Made by a program: the position numbers and the translations under genes. From Candidatus Bathyarchaeota archaeon (GTDB taxonomy: Archaea > Thermoproteota > Bathyarchaeia > Bathyarchaeales > Bathycorpusculaceae), in assembly GCA_963777155.1 (NCBI GenBank), contig CAVZPM010000035.1, positions 1 to 64,000 of the forward strand: 64,000 nucleotides of DNA, given 5' to 3'. Below the pieces are notes generated by a model that saw only the letters and a list, made by a program, of their open reading frames with translations, had not been told where the DNA came from and made no database searches. Each line of letters opens with the position of its first letter. Position 1 is the first letter of the stretch. Shown here in pieces: positions 8,758 to 19,281 of the stretch.

Positions 8758-9942
8758 ATGTCCATGTCCGTTACTGCTAAGGATATTTTTTCGAAAGAAT
8801 TCAACTCTGTTAAAGCCAATGACACACTTTCAAGATGCCTAGAAGGTTTCAAGAAGGGCATGCCACCTGTTCTGGCTGTTCTAGATGAAAAAGGCAAGTA
8901 TGAAGGTATGATTACTAGACGGTCCATTTTACGTTCAAGACTTGACCCAACTGTGGCTAAGGTTCGCTCATTGATGGTTGTTGCCCCACAAGTTGGCTTG
9001 GACGCCTCGTTGGGTGCTTTGGCCAAGTTGATGATCGGGAGTGGTGTCCGTCAGCTTCCTTTGGTTGATAAGGGAAAAGTATTGGGGTTCGTTACAGACG
9101 AAAACGTTATCCATGGAGCTGTTGGCGGAGATTGGGGTCGCATGACCGTTGAGAAAGTTATGATGCGTGCGCCACACACATTGGAGTCTAACCGCAGTGT
9201 CGGAGCCGTTTTAGGATTAATGCGTGAATGCGGTATCTCGCATGTTCCAATAATGGAAGGTGGACGACTAGTTGGCATGGTCAGCATCGAGGACATTTTA
9301 GAAAGCATATATTGGCCTCAACGCCGTCAGACGCTTGGTGACATTGTCGGCGAAAAAATTGAGACTTTAGGCCTCGCAGTCAAAGGAATCATGGCTTCAC
9401 CAGCGATTTCTGTTGATGCAAAAATGAGTTTACGTGATGCTGAGAAACGCATGCATGATCGAGATGTCTCCTGCCTGACAGTTGTAGATGGAGAACATTT
9501 AGTTGGAATCGTAACCAAGCTAGATTTCCTTGAGCCAATAAGCCAAACGGAAGCAGTAGCAGACCGCAAATTGACGGTACAATTCGGCACTAAAGACGTG
9601 GATGTCACAAAAGAGCAACAGGCATTCATGATGGATGAGTTTGATTCGTTTGTCCACAAATACCAGGAAGCATTCCAGTTGGGCACCCTATTCGTTTACA
9701 TGAAGAGCCATGGAGACAACGTCTCGCGCGATACCCCTTTGGTCCACTGCCGCCTGCAATTCCGAACCGCAAGAGGCACATTCTTTAGCTCAAGCGAAGG
9801 CTGGGGCGTCGAAACCACATTCCGAGTAGCACTAGACCGCCTCGACCGTAGACTCCTACGCAGTAAAGAACTCTTAGCCTATAACCCCAAATACGCCAAA
9901 GACTACCTACGTAAAATCGGAATACCATCAGAAGAAGAATAA
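8758..9942 (+). CDS. 4xCBS domain protein with C-terminal HPF/RaiA-like domain (candidate ribosome hibernation factor)
   Basis: Two CBS pairs followed by ..HCRLQFRTARGTFFSSSEGWGVETTFRVALDRLDRRLLRSKE. Confidence 0.75.
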   Translation: MSMSVTAKDIFSKEFNSVKANDTLSRCLEGFKKGMPPVLAVLDEKGKYEGMITRRSILRSRLDPTVAKVRSLMVVAPQVGLDASLGALAKLMIGSGVRQLPLVDKGKVLGFVTDENVIHGAVGGDWGRMTVEKVMMRAPHTLESNRSVGAVLGLMRECGISHVPIMEGGRLVGMVSIEDILESIYWPQRRQTLGDIVGEKIETLGLAVKGIMASPAISVDAKMSLRDAEKRMHDRDVSCLTVVDGEHLVGIVTKLDFLEPISQTEAVADRKLTVQFGTKDVDVTKEQQAFMMDEFDSFVHKYQEAFQLGTLFVYMKSHGDNVSRDTPLVHCRLQFRTARGTFFSSSEGWGVETTFRVALDRLDRRLLRSKELLAYNPKYAKDYLRKIGIPSEEE

Positions 9943-10025
9943 ACCTTCTTCTACAGGTTCCCTTTTCATTTTCTATAAGAAGGCTCTTTAGCATTTTTTG
10001 TTTATGTATATTTTTCCGATAAACA

Positions 10026-10316
10026 TTATTTGGTTTTTGCAGAGTAAGTAGTCTGGATGGTGTGAGGGTTTATCTGTGTTGTTTTGTCATTTTTTAATTC
10101 GACTTTACCGGCGCTTAGGGTTTTGAGTTGGTCGGCGAAAGCGTCTGTGATTTCAAAGGTTCCGCAACCGGTACAGAAGGACCCGCTGAACTGTATGATT
10201 ATAAAGGGTTGTGTTAGCGCGGTTAGTTTGGCGGTAACGTTTGGGCTATGCGTACGGTTATACAGCACAATTGTCCGCTTGACCAAAGCATCTAACCCAG
10301 CGTCAGAAGGCAACAT
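10026..10316 (-). CDS. Small CxxC protein, NifU-like fold suspected
   Basis: IIQFSGSFCTGCG; start lies 2 nt after the pyrK stop. Confidence 0.6.
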   Translation of the reverse strand: MLPSDAGLDALVKRTIVLYNRTHSPNVTAKLTALTQPFIIIQFSGSFCTGCGTFEITDAFADQLKTLSAGKVELKNDKTTQINPHTIQTTYSAKTK

Positions 10317-10318
10317 AA

Positions 10319-11143
10319 CTAAATCGGAATCCTTGAACCATCAAACCCAAGCTTGGAAATCCCTAGCTCCTCTTTAACTTCCCGCAGCTGCGCAGCATTG
10401 AAAACTGGACCATCACGACAGACACGATACTTACCGATAACGCAGCTTCCACACAAGCCAATGCCGCAGCGCATTAGTCGCTCCAGGCTGGCTTCTATGG
10501 GGAGTTTCCGCTGCTCGGTCATTTCAAAGATTTTTCTAACCATGACTTCGGGTCCGCATGTGTAGATCATGTCAAACTTTTCCTTGTCCAGTATTTTCGT
10601 CAAAGGTTGGGTGACAAGGCATTGAAGCCCGGCAGTTCCATCTTCAGTTGTGGTTATTAGGCTTTTTTCATTGCATACAGCGCGAAGTTCGCGTACGAAG
10701 AGAAGCTCGTCTTTGGTTTTGGCGCCTTCCACAAAAGAGAGACGCTCGGTTTTCGCCGCCAACTTTTTAGCTAAGAACAATAAGGGTGCGGTGCCTGTTC
10801 CACCTCCGACCAGAAGCACTCTGCCTCGGCTTTCCGTAAAACAGTTGCCGAATGGACCCCGCACACCAACCGTCGCGCCAGCTTCCAATGTATGTAGGTG
10901 GCGTGTGGCATCCCCAACCGCTTTGACGGAAACAGAAACCAAATTATCACCAGCATCCAGAACGCTTAAGGGAATCTCGTCGACACCTGGGATCCAAAGC
11001 ATCAAAAACTGACCGGGCTTAGCCTTTGCGCAGAGCTTGTCGATTAGGGTAAATGTTTTTACTGTTGGGCTTTCGTTTTGGATTCGAACAATCTGCGAGG
11101 TACGCAGTTTATTATTTGTTGTGAGCGAGGCCAACAATGTCAT
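10319..11143 (-). CDS. pyrK: Dihydroorotate dehydrogenase electron transfer subunit
   Basis: PGQFLMLW, RGPFGN, GGGTG, CGPE, MRCGIGLCGSC..VCRDGPVF. Confidence 0.95.
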   Translation of the reverse strand: MTLLASLTTNNKLRTSQIVRIQNESPTVKTFTLIDKLCAKAKPGQFLMLWIPGVDEIPLSVLDAGDNLVSVSVKAVGDATRHLHTLEAGATVGVRGPFGNCFTESRGRVLLVGGGTGTAPLLFLAKKLAAKTERLSFVEGAKTKDELLFVRELRAVCNEKSLITTTEDGTAGLQCLVTQPLTKILDKEKFDMIYTCGPEVMVRKIFEMTEQRKLPIEASLERLMRCGIGLCGSCVIGKYRVCRDGPVFNAAQLREVKEELGISKLGFDGSRIPI

Positions 11144-12030
11144 TTACACTCCCAAAACTCTTCTTTCTCAAATAAGATTCCACTCCTTTATTTACTGCTT
11201 GGAAAACCTCTATGTCCTCGGCGACGGCAGTTCCGATCTGGACTGCAGAGGCGCCTGCCAAGAAAAACTCGACAGCGTCTTGCCAATCTGTGACCCCACC
11301 GCAGCCGATTATGGGCACCTCAAATGCTTCAGCAAGGTCCCAAACACACCGCAGAGCGAGAGGCTTAATAGCTGGACCTGACAAGCCGCCTTTTATGTTG
11401 CTTAAAACTGGGCGCATCGTATCAACATCAATTGCTACGGCTTTAACAGAGTTTACCGCCGTCAAAACATCCGCCCCCGATTCAATCGCTTCCTTAGCCA
11501 GCACCGTTATATCAGCCACGTTGGGTGACAACTTCACAATCAAAGGTTTGCTGATTGCCGCCTTAACCGTCTGCACTACTTCTCCAAGCAGTTTTGGACT
11601 CTGACCAATCTCCGCGCCCGTCTGCTTAACATGCGGACATGAAACATTTAGCTCAACTGCATCGGCGCCTGCCTGAATCGCCTTTTTAGCCACTGTCGCG
11701 TATTCTTCTGCTGAGTAGCCGAAGACGCTTACGATGACGGGCACATGTAGAACGGTCTTGGAAAAACGGATCTCTTCAGCGTAAACGTCGATTCCCGGGA
11801 TTAGGCAACCCCATAGCATTAATGAGACCACCTTCGGCTTGAACCACCGTCGGGTTGGAGTAACCCATCCTAGGTGCTATACCAACAGATTTTGTAACGA
11901 CCGCACCAGCGCCACCCTTGGCTACGCGGTTTAGGGATTCAGTAGAATACCCCAGAATTCCCGAAGCCAGAATCGTAGGGTTTACTAGCTCTAAGCCGGC
12001 AAGGCTTATGCTTAACGGATTACTGTTCAA
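11112..12030 (-). CDS. pyrD: Dihydroorotate dehydrogenase catalytic subunit (frameshift near 11795, likely assembly error)
   Basis: N-part NPTILASG..TKS..INAMGLPNPG; C-part ELNVSCPH, VKLSPN, GGLSG, GCGGV in a second frame. Confidence 0.9.
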
Positions 12031-12213
12031 ATAAATTCACCGTACAATCTAGGTAATACTTTTAGTAAGATAAAGCTTCTTTTTGCACTTTAAGCAGATT
12101 TTAAAAGTGTCTCAATATTATCTTCTTTATGTCTAATTTGACGCCTCAAAGATTGAGTACACTGTTTTTTATGAAAAAAGAAAAAAGAGGGCTTATCCAA
12201 ACGTTAAAGCCGT

Positions 12214-12264
12214 TTATTTCTTCTTTTTAACTTTTTTATCGACCTTTTTTGGAGCTTTCGCCAC
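12214..12264 (-). CDS. 16-aa lysine-rich micropeptide
   Basis: GAGGT SD then GTG: MAKAPKKVDKKVKKKK*; TTTAAATA upstream and T-tract downstream. Confidence 0.55.
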   Translation of the reverse strand: MAKAPKKVDKKVKKKK

Positions 12265-12486
12265 GCTAATAACCTCAAAGTTACATTTGAGCCCATTTTG
12301 TATTTAAAATTTGCTAACAGTTAAATAGGCTGCCTCAACTAACAAACCGTCTCAAAAATAGGCGCTATTGCAAAAATAAGGTTAAAAATAGACAAATTGT
12401 AGCGACGATTTGACCATGATTTCTAACCGTGCAATTTTTACATTTATCTGTTAAATATCAAAAACTAAAAATTCGTAAAACAACAT

Positions 12487-12885
12487 TCAACAAACCAGCG
12501 TTAAATCAACATCTAAATCCTTAAACAATAAATCCTCCAGCGCCGAAGCAATTTTCAGGCAACAACCATATGACTGCTTTTTGAGCTTTCGAACCAGACG
12601 AATGTACTGCGCCAACGTACCCATAATTATGATATCGGTGTTCGTCTCTTCAAACTTGCCAACCGTTCCAGCGACTGCAACGTCGCCACCTCGGGAGAGC
12701 ATCTCTTGTTTGATAATATTTGCTGTTTTAGGATCCACTGCTTCAAACTTGACTAGGCGAAAAATTGCTTTTAACGCCATTATTTGGACTCCGATGGGGT
12801 GAACATTAATTTTGTTTAGTTCAGCTTGGACCTGACATAGGTTGTCGATTTTTAGTAGTTTTGGTGTGGGGTTCATAGGTTCCAA
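12487..12885 (-). CDS. Stand-alone domain resembling the N-terminal extension of some dihydropteroate synthases
   Basis: GVQIMALKA..ANIIKQEMLSRGGDVAV..IIMGTLAQY..KLKKQ. Confidence 0.6.
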   Translation of the reverse strand: MEPMNPTPKLLKIDNLCQVQAELNKINVHPIGVQIMALKAIFRLVKFEAVDPKTANIIKQEMLSRGGDVAVAGTVGKFEETNTDIIIMGTLAQYIRLVRKLKKQSYGCCLKIASALEDLLFKDLDVDLTLVC

Positions 12886-13028
12886 TTATTTTTTGGTGAT
12901 TTAAACGTTGGTGGTTTTGACGGCGATGTGAAATGTTTGTTTGGCGCACAAGCGGTTGTCGTTATGGAAAGTTTTATTAGGCTGTGTAAAAATTTACATA
13001 GCATTGCAAAAAATTAACGGTGAAAAAC

Positions 13029-13821
13029 ATGAGCAGCCTCAGACACCTGAACCGAAACACCAAAGCAATAGCCGCAATCGCAATTTTCTCAGCCCTATAC
13101 GCAGCCCTAAGAATCATACCCACAGTTCCCATGATAGGAACAGGAGCAACATTCCACCTCTCAGACATACTTGCTCCATTATTCGGTATTCTGTTAGGAC
13201 CATACGTAGGCGGAGTAAGCATAATAATAGGCACTTTTGCCGCAATAGGCTGGGAACTCCAGTACCATTTTTTGGATTGGATTTCCTTCCAGCATTCGTT
13301 GTGGCAGTATCCCTTAGGATTCTTAGTAAGAGGGAAATGGTTACCCGTAGTAGTTCTAAACGCTCTTTTGCTTGTATTCTATGCAGTAAACCCATTGACA
13401 TCAAACTTTATCGTTACCCCATGGGGCACAATTCCATACCTTTGGATGCACATCGCAGCCTTCATTGTTCTAATTTCACCACTAGGACACAGAGCAGGAC
13501 AATGGGTTAAAAGTGAAACAACGCTAATTACAGCAGGATTCGTCATTCTTGCTTTCATTGGCACAATGATGCAACATCTAACAGGAGGCATCTTGTACGA
13601 AATCGTATTTGGGCAACTCACGCATACTGTCCTGACAAAGCTGCTTATCCCAGACATCTGGAACATTCGTGTTTTACATTTACCCTTGGGAACGTTTAGC
13701 CTTAATTATAGGCGCAGTAATTGTTGGTGTTCCAGTGACTAGAATTCTCATAAAGACTCTTTTCCCTCCAGATACCAAACCAGTTTCTGAAGCAAAACCA
13801 GACATAGCCAAACCTTTGTAA
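13029..13821 (+). CDS. ECF transporter S component (internal frameshifts)
   Basis: AIAIFSALYAAL..LAPLFGILLGPYVGG; multi-TM; alternate frame ends YPWERLALIIGAVIVGVPV. Confidence 0.7.
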
Positions 13822-13844
13822 TAATTACCCAAAATTATTTTCTT

Positions 13845-15423
13845 CTATTTTTTGAATAATTCCTTGTCCTGAATGTACTCTTTTCCTGTTCTCAGAGCAA
13901 TTTCAGCTTTGGCCAGTTCACTGCCCAAGTAAGCCGCATGATCTAACCTTGACACCAAACCCATTTCTACGATTTTGATAAAAACTCTATCAGCAGTTTC
14001 GCCTTTAACAACGTTAACGGGCTTATCCATCTGGGTTGAATCGTAGTAGATTGCAACCAAAACCCCTTCTGCGCGATCTATAGATATTTTGAACATGCCC
14101 AAGGAATCCAAAGTAGCAGGCTCTAACTTCCCAGGTGCATCCACAACTTTCGCACCTACCTCGAGTTTTTTGTCATAAGGTTCCTCGTGAACGCGTTTGT
14201 CTTTGAGGATAAGGAGATCTAAGCCGAGGTCTTTGGGAACTGAACCGCGTTTCTTCGCTAAGAACATCATTTTGGCGGCTACGACTTCTTCAGCTACAGT
14301 TCCTTTTGCTTTGTCGCTTTTCTCTGTGGCTAATAGGATGCTTGCGTCGACTTCTTGGGATAAACGGATGAGCAAAGCGTTAACGCCCACCGAGTCCGCA
14401 TCCATTAGTTCAGTAACGTTTGAAACTCCAACAAAAAGTGGCACGTCTGGGTTCCTTGCGGCAAACTCTTTGAAGGCGATAAATGATTCTAAGATGTCTG
14501 TGGGTTCTAAAATTAAATCTGCAAGACAGCGGGAAACTCCGAGTAACTTGGCTTTAGCAATTATTCCCTCAAGGTATTTGACCCGTTCGTGGGCTCTCTT
14601 TGGGAAGTAACCTTCCCGCTGGTTAGTGGGAATAATAACTACCGCAGCTTTTTTGGCGTAAGGTGCAATTTCTTCTATGTTTCCCGCGTCTCCGCTTAGT
14701 ACAAGTTCTGCTCCTGCCTCAATTGCTGCCTTAATCTCAGCCGGATCCAGCGTGTCTATACTTACGGGTACATCTACAACCTGTTTAACCCAGTTGACAA
14801 TGCGTTTTGCCTTGTCTGGCTGGGATTCACCTGCAATCATGCCTACATCAATCAGGTTCGCTCCTGCCTTAACGAATCGTTTTGCTGTCTGTTGGATTGT
14901 TTCCTTATCCATCAAAGCGGCATCAACGATTTCGGCTAAGACCCTCATGGGAAAGTCTTTACCGACCGCTAAATCACCAATCAACATGCTACTGGGTTTC
15001 TTAAGCAGGGCCTGCACGATCTTTCTCGGTTTTTTCGATTTCTTGAAGGGCTAGCTTTTGGAGTTTTTCGCGGAGTAAATCGTCCGCAGGTTCGGTTGTT
15101 GAGAGTTGAGTATCGCAAAGGGAATCTAAAATTACTGGGAGGTCGGCGGCATACCTTGGACCCTTAAAGGCTGCAACCCCTGTCGCTTTTGATATAATAC
15201 TTGTGTCTCCGCGGACCAAACCGGGAACTAAAATCGCGTTAAAATCTGTCAATTTCTTGTCTGTTAGGGCGTTAGCGATGGCTTGAGGAGTCAGAAACGC
15301 GGCGACAGCAATCTTGAGTGCCAGTGTCTCCGTTTCAACGTTGCTGGCTTGAGCATAGTGCCGAACAGTCTCCTTCGCTAACTGACCAGTGACTAAAAGA
15401 ACCTTCAAAGCTCTAAACCTCAA
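13845..15423 (-). CDS. Archaeal dihydropteroate synthase-like protein with C-terminal DUF4346-like domain (frameshift near 15015)
   Basis: KVLLVTGQLA..KGPRYAADLP; LAEIVDA, SIDTLD, NVTELMDADSVGVNA, KDLGLDLLILKDK, DHAAYLGSELAKAEIALRTGKEYIQD. Confidence 0.85.
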
Positions 15424-16366
15424 GCATCTTTATGGTTGCGCCTCGGTTGTTTGCCTTCGCGATGTAAGCTTCGCCGCCTACACTTCTGTGTAGATATGCT
15501 TTGACTTGGGCGAGGGTTTGTTTGGCTTCTTCTTGTTTCACTACAGCGTAGAGTGCTGGTCCCCAAGAACTCTGTCCAACCCCGTAGGCACCAGTTTTTT
15601 TCATGAATTCAATACATTCTGCAGCAGCTGGGCTGGAATATGTTCCACCTTGAGCTTGAGCAAAGTGATTTCCAGTTAGAACTTGAATTCTTGTTAATGC
15701 TTCGCCAAAGGCTTCAATGTCATATTCAGCAAGAGCAGGTAAAAGTTTCAACATTACTAATCGACAAATTTGCCCAACGTCTTCTGAGGGCATTTTGGTT
15801 AGTTTTTGGAAAGCGTGGTTTTCTTCAGAGTTGGATAAGCCTTCTTTAGAGTTTGGAACGGCTACGATAAAACGCCATTTGGTAGGGAAGGGTTGACGGT
15901 AAATAAGGGGTGGAAAGCTTTGGGTTTTCTGGTTCTTGCCTCCGTCCACCACGAACCCGCCAAATTGGAATATTGTTGTACCAACAGCGGTTCGCTTTGC
16001 TCGCCCCATTGCAACAGCTAACTCGGGAACGGAAGCTTTCACGTCAAAGAGTTTTGCGAGGGCAACTGCTATGGCTATGGACAATTGGGTTCCTGACCCC
16101 AAGCCGATGTGCGGTGGAATCGCTTCCACGACGTTTATGCTTGCTTTGGGTTGTATGTGGTAGGTGGAAAAGAATTTTTGGGCGAAACAGTTTGCGAGTT
16201 CGACTTCTTGCCCTTTTATCTCGAAGTTTGAGGAGTTTTGGGCTTCTATGTTAACATTTGGACGGTCTATACCTACGCCTAATCCGCCGAACATACGTCC
16301 CAAGTCGCCGTTCATATCGATCAGTCCCAAATGCAATCTGGCAGGAGTTTTTACGATGACTCTCAC
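15413..16366 (-). CDS. mptG: Beta-ribofuranosylaminobenzene 5'-phosphate (RFAP) synthase, GHMP family
   Basis: TPARLHLGLID, PPHIGLGSGTQL, GGFVVDGG, GQSSWGP, ANNRGA. Confidence 0.9.
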   Translation of the reverse strand: MRVIVKTPARLHLGLIDMNGDLGRMFGGLGVGIDRPNVNIEAQNSSNFEIKGQEVELANCFAQKFFSTYHIQPKASINVVEAIPPHIGLGSGTQLSIAIAVALAKLFDVKASVPELAVAMGRAKRTAVGTTIFQFGGFVVDGGKNQKTQSFPPLIYRQPFPTKWRFIVAVPNSKEGLSNSEENHAFQKLTKMPSEDVGQICRLVMLKLLPALAEYDIEAFGEALTRIQVLTGNHFAQAQGGTYSSPAAAECIEFMKKTGAYGVGQSSWGPALYAVVKQEEAKQTLAQVKAYLHRSVGGEAYIAKANNRGATIKMLEV

Positions 16367-17013
16367 AGCTTAACTCTCCAAGAATCAATTCTACATTGCA
16401 AATCCTCGAACACTGCTGTATACTCACTATTTGGGGCGACGCGTCCTACTACATAAGCATGGTTTTGTATTGTTTCAATTAGTTCAGATGCTTCTTTCTG
16501 TTTCTCTGGGAGGTTGATGAATGCTTTAACCCGGGTTGCATGAGTTATTGCTTCCAAGGTTAAGGGCATTGCACGACAGTAGACTTGAGGAAACTGGGCA
16601 TCTGTAGTTATACGCTCAACTTTACATGAAAACCGTGTCCTTTCTTTGCCATCGTGTTCCAAATGAGTAACAGAAACTTCGACCACAGCATCCGCAGAAC
16701 GCAACTTCGGCGCTTCGACAACGTCTGCTTTGACAAACCAATCCGCTGGGACTTTTCCGTTATGGTTTGCCTCTTTAAAAGTGGATTTGTAGAAAACTTC
16801 TATGTCACTTGTTAAGTTAACAATAGCGCACTTTTTTTCTTTGAGATTGCGACATGTTAAGGAAGTATTAAATATGCTCATCGATAGGTGCTGTTCATCC
16901 AATAATTTGAGGCCCATTGGCGCGGCGTTTGATGTTCCGTCAGGGTTATATGTGGAAACTATCGTTTCACAACACACGCCTTTTTTAAACCCTAAATCGG
17001 TTAATTTTGCCAT
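16363..17013 (-). CDS. DUF447 family FMN-binding split-barrel protein
   Basis: ETIVST..NAAPMG..TCRNL..EAITHATR; coupled to mptG. Confidence 0.8.
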   Translation of the reverse strand: MAKLTDLGFKKGVCCETIVSTYNPDGTSNAAPMGLKLLDEQHLSMSIFNTSLTCRNLKEKKCAIVNLTSDIEVFYKSTFKEANHNGKVPADWFVKADVVEAPKLRSADAVVEVSVTHLEHDGKERTRFSCKVERITTDAQFPQVYCRAMPLTLEAITHATRVKAFINLPEKQKEASELIETIQNHAYVVGRVAPNSEYTAVFEDLQCRIDSWRVKL

Positions 17014-17254
17014 TCAAACCAACCTAAGCCTTTTTAGAAGGTCATATGCACCTTTTTTCAACCGAATGTAAATTTTCACAGTCGAATAATAAAGTTTTGC
17101 CGAGCAAACACCGCTCCTCAATTGATAATGCCAGAGTTGAATAGTGATTGATGCAAAGTTTTTAAAGCATAAAATATCTATTCAATTAGGAGCAAAAATT
17201 TTGAGGGCTCTCTTGATTGAGAACCCATTGCTTTTCGGTGGTCTAAGAAATCAA

Positions 17255-18628
17255 ATGGCAGTTAAGGTAGCTTTAGTTTACCCCTATTTTCATCCAGCAA
17301 ATGATAATTCAATCTTCCGTTTTCCACCTTTAGGTTTAGGTTACATTGCAGGGGCACTAAAGAAACGTGGTGTTGAGGTGGAGTTGGTCGACTGTACTTT
17401 TATGAAGTTCAGGGAAGCTGTCGACAGGATAAAGCGTGCCAAACCAAAGATTGTAGGGTTCTACTCGATGTTTTCGATGAAAAAAACCACCTTGGATCTC
17501 GCACAGTGTCTTAGGAAGGAGGGATTGGAGGATTCTTTGTTCATAGTGGGTGGTCCCTTGCCTTCATGGGCACCTGATGGCTTTCTAGAATCCTTTGATG
17601 TCGTTGCTGTCGGGGAAGGTGAACAAACCATGTCTGAACTAGTTGAATGCGTCGAGCAGGGAAAAGAGTTTTCAGGCGTGAAGGGGCTTATCTTCCATGA
17701 GGGTAATCGCATCGTCAACACTGGACCAAGAGAGTTCATACAAGAATTGGACAGTTTATCCACTCCAACCCGTGAACTGTTCGATAATGAAGCTTACAAA
17801 AATTATTACCTCGAGCACTTTGGCTATTCAACCACCTCCATGATAACCTCACGTGGCTGCCCGTTTTCCTGCGATTTCTGCAGTCGACCAATCTTTGGCG
17901 CAGACATGAGAAGCCGCTCAGTAAATAACATTGTCAGCGAGATGGAAGAGATTGCAGCGTTGGGTTATGACCGTGTTTGGTTTGCTGATGACTGTTTCAC
18001 CTTAAACCGTAATCATCTGTTGGATGTCTGCAGAGAAATCGTTCGTCGAGGGGTTAAGGTTGGGTGGGAGTGTTTGTCTAGAGTGGACACAATGGATGCT
18101 GAGGTTGCCGAGGGCATGAAACGCGCTGGTTGCATCGGAGTGTTCTTCGGCATAGAATCAGGCAACGACTCAGTTTTGGGTTTTATGAACAAACACATCT
18201 CAACCGCGCAGGCAAAAAAGGCCGTTTATGCAGCTAAGGCGTCTGGACTTAAAGTTGGCGCTTTCTTCATCGTTGGATACCCTGGCGAGAACAACAAAAC
18301 GGTGCTTGATACTGTGCGTTTTGCTTCAGGTTTGCCGCTTGACTACTTATCCTTCACGTTGCCGTATCCCATTCCTGGAACTCCGCTCTATGAGCGAGTG
18401 AAAGATCATGGCGTTTCTATTGAGGATTGGGAGGAGCCTAAAAACTACCGTTTAATCCGCCATAAGTTGCTGTATGCTTCGGGTTTTAGTGAGGGCAAGC
18501 TGAAGTTTGCTATTGGGAAAGCGCAGGCGCAGTTTTATGGCAGGAGATACCTTGGGAAGATGGGGTATGGCGTGTTGGGTTGGCCATTTGAGCGTTTGAC
18601 TGATTTTGCGTTTGAATTGATGCATTAG
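17255..18628 (+). CDS. B12-binding domain radical SAM protein
   Basis: PPLGLGYIA, VGGP, GEGE, TSRGCPFSCDFC, FGIESG, PIPGTPLY. Confidence 0.92.
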   Translation: MAVKVALVYPYFHPANDNSIFRFPPLGLGYIAGALKKRGVEVELVDCTFMKFREAVDRIKRAKPKIVGFYSMFSMKKTTLDLAQCLRKEGLEDSLFIVGGPLPSWAPDGFLESFDVVAVGEGEQTMSELVECVEQGKEFSGVKGLIFHEGNRIVNTGPREFIQELDSLSTPTRELFDNEAYKNYYLEHFGYSTTSMITSRGCPFSCDFCSRPIFGADMRSRSVNNIVSEMEEIAALGYDRVWFADDCFTLNRNHLLDVCREIVRRGVKVGWECLSRVDTMDAEVAEGMKRAGCIGVFFGIESGNDSVLGFMNKHISTAQAKKAVYAAKASGLKVGAFFIVGYPGENNKTVLDTVRFASGLPLDYLSFTLPYPIPGTPLYERVKDHGVSIEDWEEPKNYRLIRHKLLYASGFSEGKLKFAIGKAQAQFYGRRYLGKMGYGVLGWPFERLTDFAFELMH

Positions 18629-18717
18629 TGGATGATTTGTAGGATGTTCGACGATGTGACGTACCCGCAAGCTATATATCATTATGATATATAATAGAAT
18701 GCTATAAGGCGAAACCA

Positions 18718-19281
18718 ATGAAAGACAACAACGCAACCTACGTCCTCCTTGGACTCCTAAGCCACAACCCAATGACCGGATACGACATTAAAAAAGCCGT
18801 CGCTACCCGAATGAGCTACTTCTGGGACCTAAGCTACGGACAAATCTACCCCACCCTCAAACACCTCGAAAAAAACAAACTCATAACTAAACAGGTAAAA
18901 AACAACCCCAATGGACCCACCCGAAAAGTCTACACCATAACCGAAGCAGGCATCAAAGAACTCCAAGCCTGGCTCACCAAACCAGCAAAGAAAGAAGTAC
19001 ACAAATACGAATTCCTCCTCAAACTAATCTTTGGTGACCAAGCCCCTCCGGAACTAAATCAAAAACACATCGAAGAATTCAAGGAGAGAAACCAAAAAAT
19101 CCTCCAAACCATGAACGCCTTCGAAGAAAACCTAAAACCCATCATTAACCAAAGCGAGTCCCACTACTACGTGCTTTTAACGATTCAGCTTGGCAAGAGC
19201 ATTTCTAAAGCCAGCGTAGAGTGGGCAAATAACACGTTAAAGATTTTCCAAGAACATAAGCTTGGAGGTGAAAAACTTTGA
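18718..19281 (+). CDS. PadR family transcriptional regulator
   Basis: PMTGYDIKK..SYGQIYPTLK..RKVYTITEAG..LQAWL. Confidence 0.92.
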   Translation: MKDNNATYVLLGLLSHNPMTGYDIKKAVATRMSYFWDLSYGQIYPTLKHLEKNKLITKQVKNNPNGPTRKVYTITEAGIKELQAWLTKPAKKEVHKYEFLLKLIFGDQAPPELNQKHIEEFKERNQKILQTMNAFEENLKPIINQSESHYYVLLTIQLGKSISKASVEWANNTLKIFQEHKLGGEKL

